Source: Acidimicrobiia bacterium (GTDB lineage: Bacteria; Actinomycetota; Acidimicrobiia; Spongiisociales; JAENVV01). From it: a DNA stretch of 64,000 nucleotides. Positions within the stretch are counted from its first letter, which is position 1. Each line of letters opens with the position of its first letter. The notes beneath the pieces were generated by a model. It was not told the DNA's origin. It saw only the letters and a program-made list of their open reading frames with translations, and did not search any database. Location of the stretch: the NCBI GenBank assembly GCA_041586155.1, contig JBFHAT010000003.1, positions 27,115-91,114 of the forward strand, given 5' to 3'. Both the position numbers and the translations under genes were made by a program. Below are positions 37,119 to 47,905 of this stretch, piece after piece.

Positions 37119-37388
37119 ATGTTGGCAAAATGCGGGCGGTGCGGCGCCACCGTCGAGGTGTTGGGCGCGGGAAGATTCCAGTGCCCGGTGTGCGGGACAA
37201 CCAACCAGATCCCCGGCGCGTTGGATCCGGAACCTCCGTCCGGGATCGAGACCGCTGATGCCCCGGCGCCCCGCGACGAGGCCCCTTCGCCGCGCACCCG
37301 CTGCCCAGCTTGTAGCTTCGAATTCATCGTGGGTGACATCGACAGTGCGGTGTGCCCCAACTGTCGGGAGGAGGTGAGCCTCAAGTGA
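37119..37388 (+). CDS. double zinc-ribbon small protein (89 aa)
   Basis: 'CGRCG...CPVCG' and 'CPAC...CPNC' pairs. Stop overlaps the GTG start of the downstream mutase (GTGA). Confidence 0.45.
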   Translation: MLAKCGRCGATVEVLGAGRFQCPVCGTTNQIPGALDPEPPSGIETADAPAPRDEAPSPRTRCPACSFEFIVGDIDSAVCPNCREEVSLK

Positions 37389-39016
37389 GAGATCTCTGGG
37401 AGGCCGCCTATGGAGAAGGGCGCAAGCGGCGAGACCGGTTCGAGACCCTGTCTCAGATGGAGCTCCCCGATCTTCCGGCGCCAGAAGAGGTACGGGAAGA
37501 CATCTCGTACCCCGGCTTCTATCCCTACACCCGTGGGATCCACGCCACCGGATATCGGGGAAAGGTGTGGACCCACCGACAGTTCGCCGGTTTTGCCGAC
37601 GTCGCGTCCACCAATGAACGGTTCCACCAGCTCCTGGCGCAGGGCCAGCATGGCTTGTCGGTGGCGTTCGACATGCCCACCCTCATGGGGTACGACTCGG
37701 ATCATTCGATGGCGTTGGGTGAGGTCGGCCATTGTGGGGTCGCCGTCGACTCAGCCGACGACATGCTCGCGCTGTTCGATGGGATCGATCTCGGCAGCGT
37801 CTCGGTGTCGATGACGATCAACGGTCCAGCTCAGATCCTGTTCGCCCAACTGCTGGTGGCTGCCGAGGAGCGTGGCGTCGAGTGGGCTCGCCTCAACGGA
37901 ACCCTTCAGAACGACATCCTCAAGGAATACATCGCCCAGAAGGAGTGGATCTTCCCGCCGCAGCCGCATCTGCGCCTGATCACGGACATGATGGCGTTCT
38001 GTGCTGACGAGGTTCCGAAGTGGAACACGATCTCGGTGTCGGGCTATCACATCCGCGAGGCCGGGGCGACCGCCGCTCAGGAGCTGGCGTTCACATTGGG
38101 AGACGGCTTCGCCTACGTAGAGGCTGCACAGCGGGCGGGGATGGACGTCGATACGGTTGCGCCCCGGCTGTCGTTCTTCTTCGACGCCCACATCGACTTC
38201 TTCGAAGAGATCGCAAAGTTCAGGGCGGCCAGGCGAATGTGGGCGACCTGGATGAGAGAGCGGTACGGAGCAGAGAACGAGCGCTCTCTCAAACTGCGAA
38301 CGCACGCCCAGACGGCCGGTGTGTCGCTGACGGCGCAACAGCCTGACAACAACATCGTCCGAACCGCCATCGAGGCGCTCGCCGCAGTCCTGGGTGGCAC
38401 ACAGAGCCTCCACACCAATGCGCTCGATGAGGTGTACGCCCTGCCGACGGCCCGGGCGGCGGAGATCGCGCTGCGCACGCAACAGGTGCTGGCCCTCGAG
38501 ACGGGAGTGGCGGATGTCATCGACCCCCTCGGCGGGTCGTGGCTGGTGGAGGAGCTCACGGATCGGATCGAACGCGAGGCGCTGGCCATTCTCGCCCACG
38601 TCGACGAGCTGGGAGACGGGTCGATGCTCGACGGGACGCTACGCGGCATCGAGGAGGGCTACTTCCAGGGAGCCATCGCCGACTCGGCGTTTGCCTACGA
38701 GCAGGCGCTCGCTGCAGGCGACCGCCATGTGGTGGGAGTCACCATCCACGCGGCGACCGACGAACAACCGATCGAGATGCTACGGATCTCGGGGGAGGTC
38801 GAGGCTGCCCAGCACCGGCATCTCAAGCAACTGCGGTCCAGGCGAGACCAGAGCGCCGTGGACAGCGCACTCGGAGCTGTGCGCACTGCGGCCGTTGGCA
38901 CCGCCAATCTGATGCCCGTAATCATCGATGCTTGCCGAGTGAGAGCGACGATGGGCGAGATCGTCGCATCGCTCAAGGATGTGTTCGGCACGTACACCGA
39001 GCAGGCGAGGATCTGA
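37385..39016 (+). CDS. methylmalonyl-CoA mutase family catalytic (TIM-barrel) subunit without B12-binding domain (IcmA/McmA-like), paralog 1
   Basis: 'FYPYTRGIHATGYRGKVWTHRQFAGF', 'GLSVAFDMPTLMGYDSDH', '[21 protein letters not shown]'. ~543 aa, so the C-terminal cobalamin-binding domain is absent. Confidence 0.85.
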   Translation: MRDLWEAAYGEGRKRRDRFETLSQMELPDLPAPEEVREDISYPGFYPYTRGIHATGYRGKVWTHRQFAGFADVASTNERFHQLLAQGQHGLSVAFDMPTLMGYDSDHSMALGEVGHCGVAVDSADDMLALFDGIDLGSVSVSMTINGPAQILFAQLLVAAEERGVEWARLNGTLQNDILKEYIAQKEWIFPPQPHLRLITDMMAFCADEVPKWNTISVSGYHIREAGATAAQELAFTLGDGFAYVEAAQRAGMDVDTVAPRLSFFFDAHIDFFEEIAKFRAARRMWATWMRERYGAENERSLKLRTHAQTAGVSLTAQQPDNNIVRTAIEALAAVLGGTQSLHTNALDEVYALPTARAAEIALRTQQVLALETGVADVIDPLGGSWLVEELTDRIEREALAILAHVDELGDGSMLDGTLRGIEEGYFQGAIADSAFAYEQALAAGDRHVVGVTIHAATDEQPIEMLRISGEVEAAQHRHLKQLRSRRDQSAVDSALGAVRTAAVGTANLMPVIIDACRVRATMGEIVASLKDVFGTYTEQARI

Positions 39017-39026
39017 GGCGCACACG

Positions 39027-39230
39027 ATGGCAAGGCTGAGACGATTCGATGAGTTCCGATACGTTGGCACGCGCGACACCATGGTCGTCTACGACTGCGA
39101 CGATCCCGACCAATTCGAGGAGTTGCAGGAGCGGGTAGACGATGGCGATCTCGTTGCGGTCAACCTCGTATCGGTGTTTGGACCTGACACACTCGAAGAG
39201 GCTCGAAACCGCGGATTCAGACCGCGGTGA
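39027..39230 (+). CDS. small hypothetical protein (67 aa)
   Basis: ORF sits between the mutase and the amidohydrolase. No known motif. Confidence 0.3.
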   Translation: MARLRRFDEFRYVGTRDTMVVYDCDDPDQFEELQERVDDGDLVAVNLVSVFGPDTLEEARNRGFRPR

Positions 39231-40075
39231 CCCGTCTCATCGACCTGCACGTCCACCCGCCGGTGGAAGCCGTGATCGAGGGCGTTTTCGGTCCGTTCCT
39301 GCCCAGCTTGGAAGCGACGTTCCGCCGCAAGTTCCCTGTCATGTCGCCCGAGCAGATCGCCGACTACTACCGCTCGCTCGACGGCAAGGCGGTCTTGCTC
39401 GGTTTGGATGCCCAGACGGCGACCGGGCTGCGTCCGTTCAGCAACACAGAGGTGGCGGACATCGTTGCGGCGCATCCCGATGTGTTCGTCGGGTTCGGCT
39501 CGGTCGATCCGCACAAAGGTGCGGCGGCGGTCATGGCCGTCTCTGAAGCCGCAACACTGGGCCTGAAAGGTCTGAAGCTTCACCCATCGTTGCAGCGCTT
39601 CTCGCCGAATGACGTCGCCTTCTTTCCGCTGTACGAGGAAGCTGCCAACTATGGCCTCATCCTCCTGTTCCACACCGGTGTCACGGCGTTGGGCGCAGGG
39701 ATGCCGGGTGGCGCTGGGATCAGGCACCGGCATTCTCATCCGCTCCTGCTCGACGAACTCGCAGCTTCGTTTCCGCAGCTGTCCATCGTCATGGCACATG
39801 CCGGGGTGCCGTGGCACACAGATGCCATCGCGATCGCCTCCCACAAACCGAACGTCTACCTGGACCTGTCTGGTTGGTCGCCCCGGCGGTTCCCGCCAGA
39901 GCTGATCGACGCGATCAAGGGTCCGTTGCGACGGCAAGCGCTCTTTGGGAGCGACTTCCCCTTCATCACGCCAGATCGATGGATCAAGGCCTGGGACGAG
40001 TGGGGGGTGGAACCGGAGATCACATCGGACGTGCTCGCCGGCAATGCCGCTCGCCTGCTCGACCTCGATCAGTAG
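39227..40075 (+). CDS. amidohydrolase-2 family (TIM-barrel metal-dependent hydrolase)
   Basis: 'LIDLHVHP' N-terminal His pair, 'LLFHTG', 'VMAHAG', 'FGSDFP' typical of ACMSD-like amidohydrolases. Confidence 0.75.
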   Translation: MTRLIDLHVHPPVEAVIEGVFGPFLPSLEATFRRKFPVMSPEQIADYYRSLDGKAVLLGLDAQTATGLRPFSNTEVADIVAAHPDVFVGFGSVDPHKGAAAVMAVSEAATLGLKGLKLHPSLQRFSPNDVAFFPLYEEAANYGLILLFHTGVTALGAGMPGGAGIRHRHSHPLLLDELAASFPQLSIVMAHAGVPWHTDAIAIASHKPNVYLDLSGWSPRRFPPELIDAIKGPLRRQALFGSDFPFITPDRWIKAWDEWGVEPEITSDVLAGNAARLLDLDQ

Positions 40076-40572
40076 CTCCGAGCGCCATCGCGCAGCCACG
40101 ACGGCAATCTCCCGATTTGACGGTCGGCCAGCGGTTGGACTCGTTCGGTGACAGCAACTGCATCGCCATCCAACCGTGTCGCCAGTCGTTCCCGAAGCAG
40201 CGTGCGCAAGCCGTGGGGACGGAGGAGGCGCTGGGAGCGGCGAGCGGTGGCGACCAGCCGCAGAAGATCGCCGACGGCGCTCGGTCCGATCAGGGCCGTC
40301 CAATAGCGACGTACGTACAGGTGCCGTACGTCGAACGTGACGTCACCGTGGGTCAGGCCGAATGGAGCCGCTCCGGGCACGATCAGCGGCGTGATCATCG
40401 GGCGGACCTGCATCGAAGGTCTGCCCGGGCTGCGCTCGGTACCCAGGAATTCGTGGCGAGGGTCGCTACCCGAAGGTGGCGCGACATGGGTTGCAACGGG
40501 AGGACGAGCTTCCTGGTGCAATTCCTCGGGCAGCGACCTCGCCATGGGACGTTTGATATCAACAAACCCCAA
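40069..40572 (-). CDS. hypothetical protein (start uncertain; internal Met candidates)
   Basis: ORF with high GC3 filling the gap between the amidohydrolase and the PBP gene. No recognisable domain. Confidence 0.25.
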   Translation of the reverse strand: MGFVDIKRPMARSLPEELHQEARPPVATHVAPPSGSDPRHEFLGTERSPGRPSMQVRPMITPLIVPGAAPFGLTHGDVTFDVRHLYVRRYWTALIGPSAVGDLLRLVATARRSQRLLRPHGLRTLLRERLATRLDGDAVAVTERVQPLADRQIGRLPSWLRDGARSY

Positions 40573-40616
40573 CTGAGGTCAATGACGTTGAAACGAGATC
40601 GCGAAAAAAGCTCGGT

Positions 40617-43103
40617 CTAGCCGCCGTCACCCTTGGGGGCGATGCCCACGGTGACGATGAGGAAGGCGCCGTTCTCCACCACCGTGCCCGGCGGTGGGGT
40701 CACTGCGATCACGACTCCCTGATTGTCCTTCTTGCGTGCCTCGACAAAACGGAATGACCATTCGACGTCGATGCCGTTGGCCGCCTCCCAGTTGGCGATC
40801 GCTCCTCCCACCTGGGCCTGCTTCAGGCCGAACAAGTCGGGCACGGGCGCAGTCGGCAGAATCCCCGTCGAGACCTCGATCGTCACGGCCGAACCTTCGT
40901 TCACCACTGCTCCGGCGCCCGGTGCCTGGGCAATGACGGTGCCTTCGGGCTCGTTGGACGGCGTCTCGACGACCGAGGCATTGAGGTGGGCGTTGAGGAG
41001 CGCATTGACCGCACTGCCCCGGCTCAGGCCGACGACGGAAGGCACGGTTGCGACCGGGGTCTTGAAATAGCCGGTCGTTCCGGACGGGTCGGGCGGGAAG
41101 GACTCGACCGGCACGTCGGCCAACGCGATCTGCATGAACTCCTTCCAGAGCGGAGCGGGTCCTGTGCCGCCGAACACCCGGGAGAGGGTCTGTCCGTTGA
41201 TGACGACATTGGTGAGCGGAACCTGCTCCTCCGGGAAGCCGATCCAGACCGCGGCCGAGTATTGCGCCACGAAACCGACGAACCAGGCTTCCATGAAGTT
41301 CTGGTGGGTCCCGGTCTTGCCGCCCTGAGGTCGACCACCCAGATTGGCCCGAGGGGCGGTGCCGCTCACGGGTACGACCTCAAGGGGCTGGCGCGCGGCG
41401 GCTGCCAGGCTCGGGTCGATCGTCTGAATGGGATTGGCTTCGTGCTGGTAGATCATCTCTCCGGCGCTGTTCGTGATCGACTCGACGATGTACGGCTTGG
41501 ACCACAGCCCGTTCGTTGCGAAGTTGCTGTACGCGGAGGCCATCTCCAGCGGGCTCACGGCCCCGGCGCCCAGGGCGATCGACGGAACCGGCGCAAGCTC
41601 GGACTTGATGCCCATGCGGTGGGCGACGTCGATGATCTGCTCCGGTCCCACCGCCACCGACACCTGGGCGTAGACCGTGTTCACCGAGTTGTACGTGGCG
41701 TCGAACAGCCGCATGAGGCCGGCGCGTCCGCCTCCTGCGTTGCGAACGCGCCAGATGTTCCCCAGCGACGAGCAGGTGTACGGGCATTGCACATCTTTGG
41801 GGCTGGAAGCGTCCCAGAACGAGTTCAGCGAGATGCCCGACTCCAAGGCGGCCACGAGCGCGAATGGCTTGAACGACGAACCGGGATTGCGACGGCCCTG
41901 CACTGCGAGGTCGAACTGCTCTTGCTCGAAGGGAAGTCCCGACGACATGACTCGCACTGCCCCGGTCCAGTTGTCGACCATGGCGATGGCGCCGGTCGGT
42001 GCGCTCTGGTCGGGGTCGCTCGGTACCGGTAGCCAGGTTTGCAGCAAGTCGTTGGCGGAGTCCTGGAGATCGAGATCGATGGACAGGGTGATGTTGAGAC
42101 CGCCACCACCGTCGCAGTCGGCGTCATCAGCCGGGCAGCCAAACACCGCGATCTTTCGTTCCTCGCGGGTGGCGCCGAGGAACGCGAACTCCGGCTCGCT
42201 CAGGAGTTGGCGCTTGACCTCCGCCACGACATGATCGTCGGGGCTGACGAACACCGTGGGGTCTTCCACTTGGAGCGGCTGCGCCCAGGCTTGGTCGCGA
42301 GCGGCCTCCGTGATGAATCCGTTCTCGTACATCTCACGGATGACCTCGTCTCGTCGCTCCAAAACGGCGTCGAAGTTGCGGCGCGGGTTGTATTCGGTCG
42401 GGTTCCGAGGCAGGACAGCCAGCGTCGCCGCCTCGGCGATGGACAGCTCGTCGAGGTTCTTCTGGAAGAACTCCTCGGAAGCGGCATTGACGCCGTAGGC
42501 GCTTGCGCCGAAGTACACGGAGTTCATGTAGAACTCCAGGATCTGTTCCTTCGAGTAGCGCCGCTCCAGCTCGATCGCGGTCACCGCTTCACGGATCTTG
42601 CGCTTGAGGGTCTGCTCTTCGCCGACGAACGTCTTCTTCACCACCTGTTGAGTGATGGTCGATCCGCCCCGAGTCGTTTCGGAGACGAGATTGTCGCGAG
42701 CCGCCGAGATGATGGCCTGCCAGTCGATGCCGTCGTGCTGGAAGAAGTCGGCGTCCTCGGCCGACAGAACGGCGTAGACGACGACGTCCGGTACCTCCTC
42801 GAACGGTGTCGGCTCGGACACGCGGCCATCGTGCAGCTCGGCCAGCAACGTGCCGTTGGATGCGTACACCCGGGAGACACGCGACAAGTCGGGGAAGTTG
42901 AGCGCCTCGGACTCGACGTTGGGGATGTACTTCTCTTCGATCTCGACGAAGCTGCCGTGCGCCGCCGAGGCGGTCATGAACGTGAAGAGACCCAGCCAAG
43001 AGGAAGCGAGAACAGAGATGGACACGAGCATGAGCACAGCGATGAATCCGCGCCCGCGGCGATCGGTTCGCTCGAGGTTATGGATGGCAGAACGTGAAAC
43101 CAT
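40617..43103 (-). CDS. class A penicillin-binding protein (glycosyltransferase GT51 + transpeptidase) with C-terminal PASTA domain
   Basis: '[12 protein letters not shown]', '[13 protein letters not shown]' (GT51). 'SSFKPF' (SxxK), 'SVNT', 'KTGT' (transpeptidase). C-terminal PASTA-like beta-rich segments. Confidence 0.85.
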   Translation of the reverse strand: MVSRSAIHNLERTDRRGRGFIAVLMLVSISVLASSWLGLFTFMTASAAHGSFVEIEEKYIPNVESEALNFPDLSRVSRVYASNGTLLAELHDGRVSEPTPFEEVPDVVVYAVLSAEDADFFQHDGIDWQAIISAARDNLVSETTRGGSTITQQVVKKTFVGEEQTLKRKIREAVTAIELERRYSKEQILEFYMNSVYFGASAYGVNAASEEFFQKNLDELSIAEAATLAVLPRNPTEYNPRRNFDAVLERRDEVIREMYENGFITEAARDQAWAQPLQVEDPTVFVSPDDHVVAEVKRQLLSEPEFAFLGATREERKIAVFGCPADDADCDGGGGLNITLSIDLDLQDSANDLLQTWLPVPSDPDQSAPTGAIAMVDNWTGAVRVMSSGLPFEQEQFDLAVQGRRNPGSSFKPFALVAALESGISLNSFWDASSPKDVQCPYTCSSLGNIWRVRNAGGGRAGLMRLFDATYNSVNTVYAQVSVAVGPEQIIDVAHRMGIKSELAPVPSIALGAGAVSPLEMASAYSNFATNGLWSKPYIVESITNSAGEMIYQHEANPIQTIDPSLAAAARQPLEVVPVSGTAPRANLGGRPQGGKTGTHQNFMEAWFVGFVAQYSAAVWIGFPEEQVPLTNVVINGQTLSRVFGGTGPAPLWKEFMQIALADVPVESFPPDPSGTTGYFKTPVATVPSVVGLSRGSAVNALLNAHLNASVVETPSNEPEGTVIAQAPGAGAVVNEGSAVTIEVSTGILPTAPVPDLFGLKQAQVGGAIANWEAANGIDVEWSFRFVEARKKDNQGVVIAVTPPPGTVVENGAFLIVTVGIAPKGDGG

Positions 43104-43109
43104 GTCCGG

Positions 43110-44744
43110 TTGTCTAACGAAAGAGGAGGGGAAAAAGTTGCGGGTAGCATCCCACGAGCTGTCAGGATACCCAAGTCGGAGGCGCTATCGGTGACAGGTC
43201 GGAAGACAACGACCAGCGGTATCGAGGTGCGCCCCGCATACGGGCCGGTCGGCGCCGAGCAACCCGGCGAGTACCCGTTCACACGAGGTCCGTACCCGAC
43301 GATGTATCGGGGACGGCTGTGGACGATGCGCCAATACGCAGGATTCGGCACGGCGGCCGAGACCAACCGACGTTTCCACGCCCTCCTCGATGCGGGTCAG
43401 ACCGGTCTGTCGGTCGCATTCGATTTGCCCACCCAGATGGGGCTCGACTCCGACCATCCGCTGGCGGCGGGTGAGGTGGGGAGGGTTGGGGTGGCCATCG
43501 ACTCGGTCGACGACATGCGCGTCCTCTTCGACGGCCTGCCGCTCGACACCGTGTCGACGTCGATGACGATCAATGCGACGGCTCCCATCCTGCTCTTGCT
43601 CTACGAGCTGGTAGCGGCCGAACGGGGGATCGATCCCGCCGACTTGAAGGGCACCGTCCAGAACGACGTACTCAAGGAGTACATCGCACGCGGCACCTAC
43701 ATCTATCCACCGCGCCCATCGATGCGGATCGTCACGGACCTCTTCGCGTACTGCGCCGAACGCCTTCCGCAGTGGAACACAATCTCCATTTCCGGCTATC
43801 ACATACGGGAGGCAGGAGCCACCGCGGCGCAGGAGTTGGGGATCACGATCGCCAACGGCCTCGCCTACGTGCAAGCGGCCCTCGATGCCGGACTCGAAGT
43901 CGATGCGTTTGCGCCGCGCCTCTCGTTCTTCTGGAACGGCCACAACCACTTCTTCGAAGAGGTCGCCAAGTTTCGGGCCGGCCGCCGCCTGTGGGCCAAG
44001 CTCATGAGAGAACGGGTGGGTGCCACTGATCCGAAGGCTCTGGCGATGCGCTTTCACACCCAGACGGCCGGCAGCACGCTCACCGCGCAGCAGCCCCTCA
44101 ACAACGTCGTCCGTACCACGGTTCAGGCGCTGGCGGCGGTGCTGGGCGGTACCCAGTCGCTTCACACCAACGCCTACGACGAGGCGCTCGGTCTACCGAC
44201 GGAGGGCTCCGCATTGCTCGCGCTCCGCACCCAGCAGATTCTCGCTCACGAGTCCGGCGTCGCCGACACCGCCGACCCACTGGCAGGCTCGTACTTCGTC
44301 GAGGAACTGACCGACGCGCTGGAGCGTCAGGCCAATGAGATCATCGATCTCATCGACGCGGCCGGAGGAGCAGTGGCGGCGATCGAGGCGGGCATCCCCC
44401 AATCGATGATCGAAGACGCCGCATACGAGACGGCCAAATCCATGGAATCCGGCGACTCGGTGGTCGTGGGAGTCAACCGGTATGGCGGCGAAGGCGGCGA
44501 TGAACCAGATGTGATGTCGGTGGATCCCGCAGTGGAGGCGGCGCAGCGGCGACGACTCCACACCCACCGAGCAGGGAGAGAGTCCGAGCGAGTCGACGGC
44601 GAGCTGGCGGAGCTGCGATCGATCGCCGGCGGCGACGGCAACCTGCTGCCGGCGATGCGGTCGGCGCTCACGGCCGGGGCCACGGTTGGTGAGGTGTCTG
44701 ACGCCCTCAGGGACGTCTTCGGCATCTATCGTCCTAGCGCATGA
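43110..44744 (+). CDS. methylmalonyl-CoA mutase family catalytic subunit without B12-binding domain, paralog 2 (TTG start)
   Basis: '[26 protein letters not shown]', '[21 protein letters not shown]'. 544 aa. Only 6 bp separate its start from the divergent PBP start. Confidence 0.85.
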   Translation: MSNERGGEKVAGSIPRAVRIPKSEALSVTGRKTTTSGIEVRPAYGPVGAEQPGEYPFTRGPYPTMYRGRLWTMRQYAGFGTAAETNRRFHALLDAGQTGLSVAFDLPTQMGLDSDHPLAAGEVGRVGVAIDSVDDMRVLFDGLPLDTVSTSMTINATAPILLLLYELVAAERGIDPADLKGTVQNDVLKEYIARGTYIYPPRPSMRIVTDLFAYCAERLPQWNTISISGYHIREAGATAAQELGITIANGLAYVQAALDAGLEVDAFAPRLSFFWNGHNHFFEEVAKFRAGRRLWAKLMRERVGATDPKALAMRFHTQTAGSTLTAQQPLNNVVRTTVQALAAVLGGTQSLHTNAYDEALGLPTEGSALLALRTQQILAHESGVADTADPLAGSYFVEELTDALERQANEIIDLIDAAGGAVAAIEAGIPQSMIEDAAYETAKSMESGDSVVVGVNRYGGEGGDEPDVMSVDPAVEAAQRRRLHTHRAGRESERVDGELAELRSIAGGDGNLLPAMRSALTAGATVGEVSDALRDVFGIYRPSA

Positions 44745-44760
44745 CAAGCGAGGAGCGTCG

Positions 44761-46122
44761 GTGAGCGACGAGACAAAGGCCCGATTCTTGATCATCGGCG
44801 CCGGCCCGGCTGGATCGATGGCGGCCACGGTTGGAGCAGCGCTGGGTGCGAGAGTCACGCTCGTCGAAGATTCCATCGTCGGAGGCGCCGCCCACTTGTG
44901 GGACTGCATCCCCTCCAAGGCGATGGTGGCGGCGTCCCATCGAAAGCTTTCCGTGCTCGATGCCGACAAGCTGGGCTACGTGGTGGAGGGTGGTGGGATC
45001 GACCTGCCCAAGCTGTCCGATCGCATCGCCACCATCTCGACCGACCTGTCCCGCAACTCTGTAGCGATTCTCGAGGACCAGGATGTGGACATCATCCACG
45101 GACGGGGGCGGTTCATCGGCCCTCACCAGGCCGTCGCCGAGACGCCCGAAGGCGAGCGGACTCTCTCGTTCGACGTAGCGCTCGTGTCGACCGGCTCCGC
45201 GCCGCGCGTGCCGGAGTGGGCGGTCGTCGACGGCGAGCGAATTCTCACCACGCGCCACGCATACGATCTGAAGGAGCCACCGGAACACATCATCGTCATC
45301 GGATCAGGTGTGACCGGCGTGGAGTTCGTCAACATCTTTGCTTCGTTGGGTTCGAAGGTGACGCTTCTCGTCAGCCGCCAGCAGGTGCTGCCTCATCGCG
45401 ACCCCGAGGTGGCTGCGGTCATCGAAGAGGATTTCCTCGAGCGCAACGTTGCGTTGTTGAAAGGGGCGCGGGCGGTGTCGATCGATCAGAGTCCCGACGG
45501 TGTCGTCGTCCACGTCGAGGATGGCCGGCGAGTCGCCGGAAGCCATGCGCTCCTCGCCATCGGCGCCGTTCCCCTGACCGCCGGCATCGGTTTGGATACA
45601 GCCGGGGTCGACGCCCCGGGTGGCTACATCTCTGTTGACGAGTTCCAGCGCACCAGCGTCCCCCACATCTACGCCGCCGGCGACGTCACGGGTCAGATGC
45701 CTTTGTCGTCGGTGGCTGCCATGCAGGGTCGCAAGATCGCCCGGCACGCGCTTGGACAGCAAGTCAAGCCGATCGACTATTCGCGGGTGGCCCAGGCGGT
45801 GTTCACCGAACCGGAGATCGCCTCGGTCGGGTTGGAGGAAGCCGAGATCACGGCAGCCGGCCGGCGGATTCGGACCACAAAGGTTCCTTTTGCAGCCAAC
45901 AGCCGGGCGGTCATCCAAGGCAAACCCCGTGGATTCGTGAAGGTGTTCTCGGATCCGGCCACGCACGAAATCCTCGGAGGAACCATCGTGGGAACCCGAG
46001 CCAGCGAGTTGATCGGCATCCTCGCGCTGGCGGTTCAAGGGCGGGTGCGCGTCGAGACGCTCATCGAGACGTTGATGGTCCATCCCAGCTTGAGCGAGAG
46101 CCTGACGGAGGCGGCGGACTGA
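44761..46122 (+). CDS. flavoprotein disulfide-reductase family, single-Cys LpdA-like NAD(P)H dehydrogenase
   Basis: 'FLIIGAGPAGSMAA' FAD motif. 'GGAAHLWDCIPSKA' has one Cys where canonical enzymes have CxxxxC. C-terminal dimerisation domain present. Confidence 0.8.
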   Translation: MSDETKARFLIIGAGPAGSMAATVGAALGARVTLVEDSIVGGAAHLWDCIPSKAMVAASHRKLSVLDADKLGYVVEGGGIDLPKLSDRIATISTDLSRNSVAILEDQDVDIIHGRGRFIGPHQAVAETPEGERTLSFDVALVSTGSAPRVPEWAVVDGERILTTRHAYDLKEPPEHIIVIGSGVTGVEFVNIFASLGSKVTLLVSRQQVLPHRDPEVAAVIEEDFLERNVALLKGARAVSIDQSPDGVVVHVEDGRRVAGSHALLAIGAVPLTAGIGLDTAGVDAPGGYISVDEFQRTSVPHIYAAGDVTGQMPLSSVAAMQGRKIARHALGQQVKPIDYSRVAQAVFTEPEIASVGLEEAEITAAGRRIRTTKVPFAANSRAVIQGKPRGFVKVFSDPATHEILGGTIVGTRASELIGILALAVQGRVRVETLIETLMVHPSLSESLTEAAD

Positions 46123-46138
46123 CCCGTGCCGCTTGGGG

Positions 46139-47896
46139 TCAGCGGACGATTGCGATCACTTGTCCCGCGGACACGGTGTCTCCCGCCCGAACCCGCAGCT
46201 CGACCAGCTCGCCGGCGATGGGCGACTTGACCTCATTCTCCATCTTCATGGCTTCGAGGACGCAGATCGGCTCGTCGGCATCGACCGAGCTTCCTGCTGC
46301 CACCGCCACCTTCACGATCGTTCCCTGCATAGGGGCGGTGATCACGCCGGCTTCACCATTCGTCTGACGCTCGGGCGTCTTCAGCTTGGGCGGCCTCCGG
46401 CGGGCGGCGGCCGTTCCGTCTGGAGCGGTGGCGTCGACTTCAGGAGTCCAGATGGTCACGTCGAACCTCTTGCCCCCCACTTCGACGGTCAGCGCTCGGC
46501 GGCTCGATGACTCATCTTCCGGCAGTGTCTCGGTCTTGTGGGCCGAACGGACCCCAGTCAGGTCGACCTCGTCTTCGACGAACCGCGTGTGGTGATCACC
46601 GGCTTGGAACTTCGGGTGATCGAGGAGCGCCAGATGGGCAGGGATCGTCGTCGAGATTCCATCCACCACGTACTCGCCCAGCGCCCGGCGGGACCGCTCG
46701 ATGGCCTCCTGCCGGGTGGCCCCCCACACGACCAACTTGGCAACGAGATTGTCGTAGTACTGGCTCACCCGCGACCCGGCCTCGACCCATCCGTCCACCC
46801 TGACTCCGAAGCCGGCCGGTTCCCGATACCGAACGATCTGGCCAGGACTGGGAAGGAATCCCGATGCCGGGTTCTCGGCGTTGATCCGGAACTCGATGGC
46901 GTGGCCGCGGGCGGCCACGCCGGAGAAGTCGACCGCCTCGCCTGCCGCCGTGGCGAGTTGGGCCCGGACGAGGTCGATGCCTGTGACCATCTCGGTGACC
47001 GTGTGCTCCACCTGGAGGCGGGTGTTCATCTCCAGGAAGTAGAGGTCGCCATCCTCCGACATCAAGAATTCGATCGTGCCGGCGTTCTGGTAGTCGCAGG
47101 CAGCTGCAACCGACAGCGCTGCCTTGGACAGAGCCGCCCGCTGGTCGTCGGTCATGGTGGGAGCCGGGCTCTCCTCGATGAGCTTCTGGTGCCGGCGTTG
47201 CACGGAGCAGTCCCGCTCGCCGAGGAACCATCCGGTTCCGTCGGCGCCAACGAATATCTGCGCTTCGATGTGCTTGGGGCGGACGAGATATTTCTCGACG
47301 TAGACGGCGGCGTTGCCGAAGTAGGCGTCCGCCTCGCGGCTGGCGCCTTCGAACGCCTCCACGAGCTGTTCGGGGCCGCCCACCACCCGTAGCCCCTTGC
47401 CTCCGCCTCCATGGGCTGCCTTGATGGCGACGGGATAGCCGAACTGCGACGCGACGTCGGCGATCTCTTCAGCCGAAGTCAGCGGTTCTGTCGTCCCGGG
47501 AACAGAGGACACGCCAGCTGCTTCCACGGCTTTGCGCGAAGCGATCTTGTCGCCCATGGTGGCGATCGCCTCCGCGGGCGGGCCGACCCAGGCCAGCCCC
47601 AAATCGATCACACGCCTCGCGAACTCGGCGTTCTCGGCGAGAAATCCGTAGCCAGGGTGGATCGCCGACGCCTTGGCCGCCTGGGCGACCTGGAGGATAC
47701 GGTCCATGTTCAGGTACGACTCGGCGGCGGGTGCGCCCCCGATGTTCCAGGCCTCGTGCGCCAGGCCCACGTGGAGGGCGTCTCGATCCAGCTCCGAGTA
47801 GACCGCGATCGTCCGAAGGCCCATCTCGCGCGCAGACCGGATGACCCGCACGGCGATCTCGCCTCGGTTGGCAACCAGCACGGATTCGAGTGGCAT
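46139..47896 (-). CDS. accA: acyl-CoA (acetyl/propionyl-CoA) carboxylase alpha subunit: biotin carboxylase + BCCP
   Basis: 'VLVANRGEIAVRVIR', ATP-grasp motifs, C-terminal biotinyl-lysine motif 'EAMKMENEV'. Confidence 0.9.
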   Translation of the reverse strand: MPLESVLVANRGEIAVRVIRSAREMGLRTIAVYSELDRDALHVGLAHEAWNIGGAPAAESYLNMDRILQVAQAAKASAIHPGYGFLAENAEFARRVIDLGLAWVGPPAEAIATMGDKIASRKAVEAAGVSSVPGTTEPLTSAEEIADVASQFGYPVAIKAAHGGGGKGLRVVGGPEQLVEAFEGASREADAYFGNAAVYVEKYLVRPKHIEAQIFVGADGTGWFLGERDCSVQRRHQKLIEESPAPTMTDDQRAALSKAALSVAAACDYQNAGTIEFLMSEDGDLYFLEMNTRLQVEHTVTEMVTGIDLVRAQLATAAGEAVDFSGVAARGHAIEFRINAENPASGFLPSPGQIVRYREPAGFGVRVDGWVEAGSRVSQYYDNLVAKLVVWGATRQEAIERSRRALGEYVVDGISTTIPAHLALLDHPKFQAGDHHTRFVEDEVDLTGVRSAHKTETLPEDESSSRRALTVEVGGKRFDVTIWTPEVDATAPDGTAAARRRPPKLKTPERQTNGEAGVITAPMQGTIVKVAVAAGSSVDADEPICVLEAMKMENEVKSPIAGELVELRVRAGDTVSAGQVIAIVR

Positions 47897-47905
47897 GGGC
47901 AGATC

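Noticed and set aside
43121-43129. AAGAGGAGG as an alternative RBS for the second mutase
   Set aside because: No in-frame ATG/GTG/TTG at appropriate spacing downstream. It is probably just the coding sequence for 'ERGGE'.
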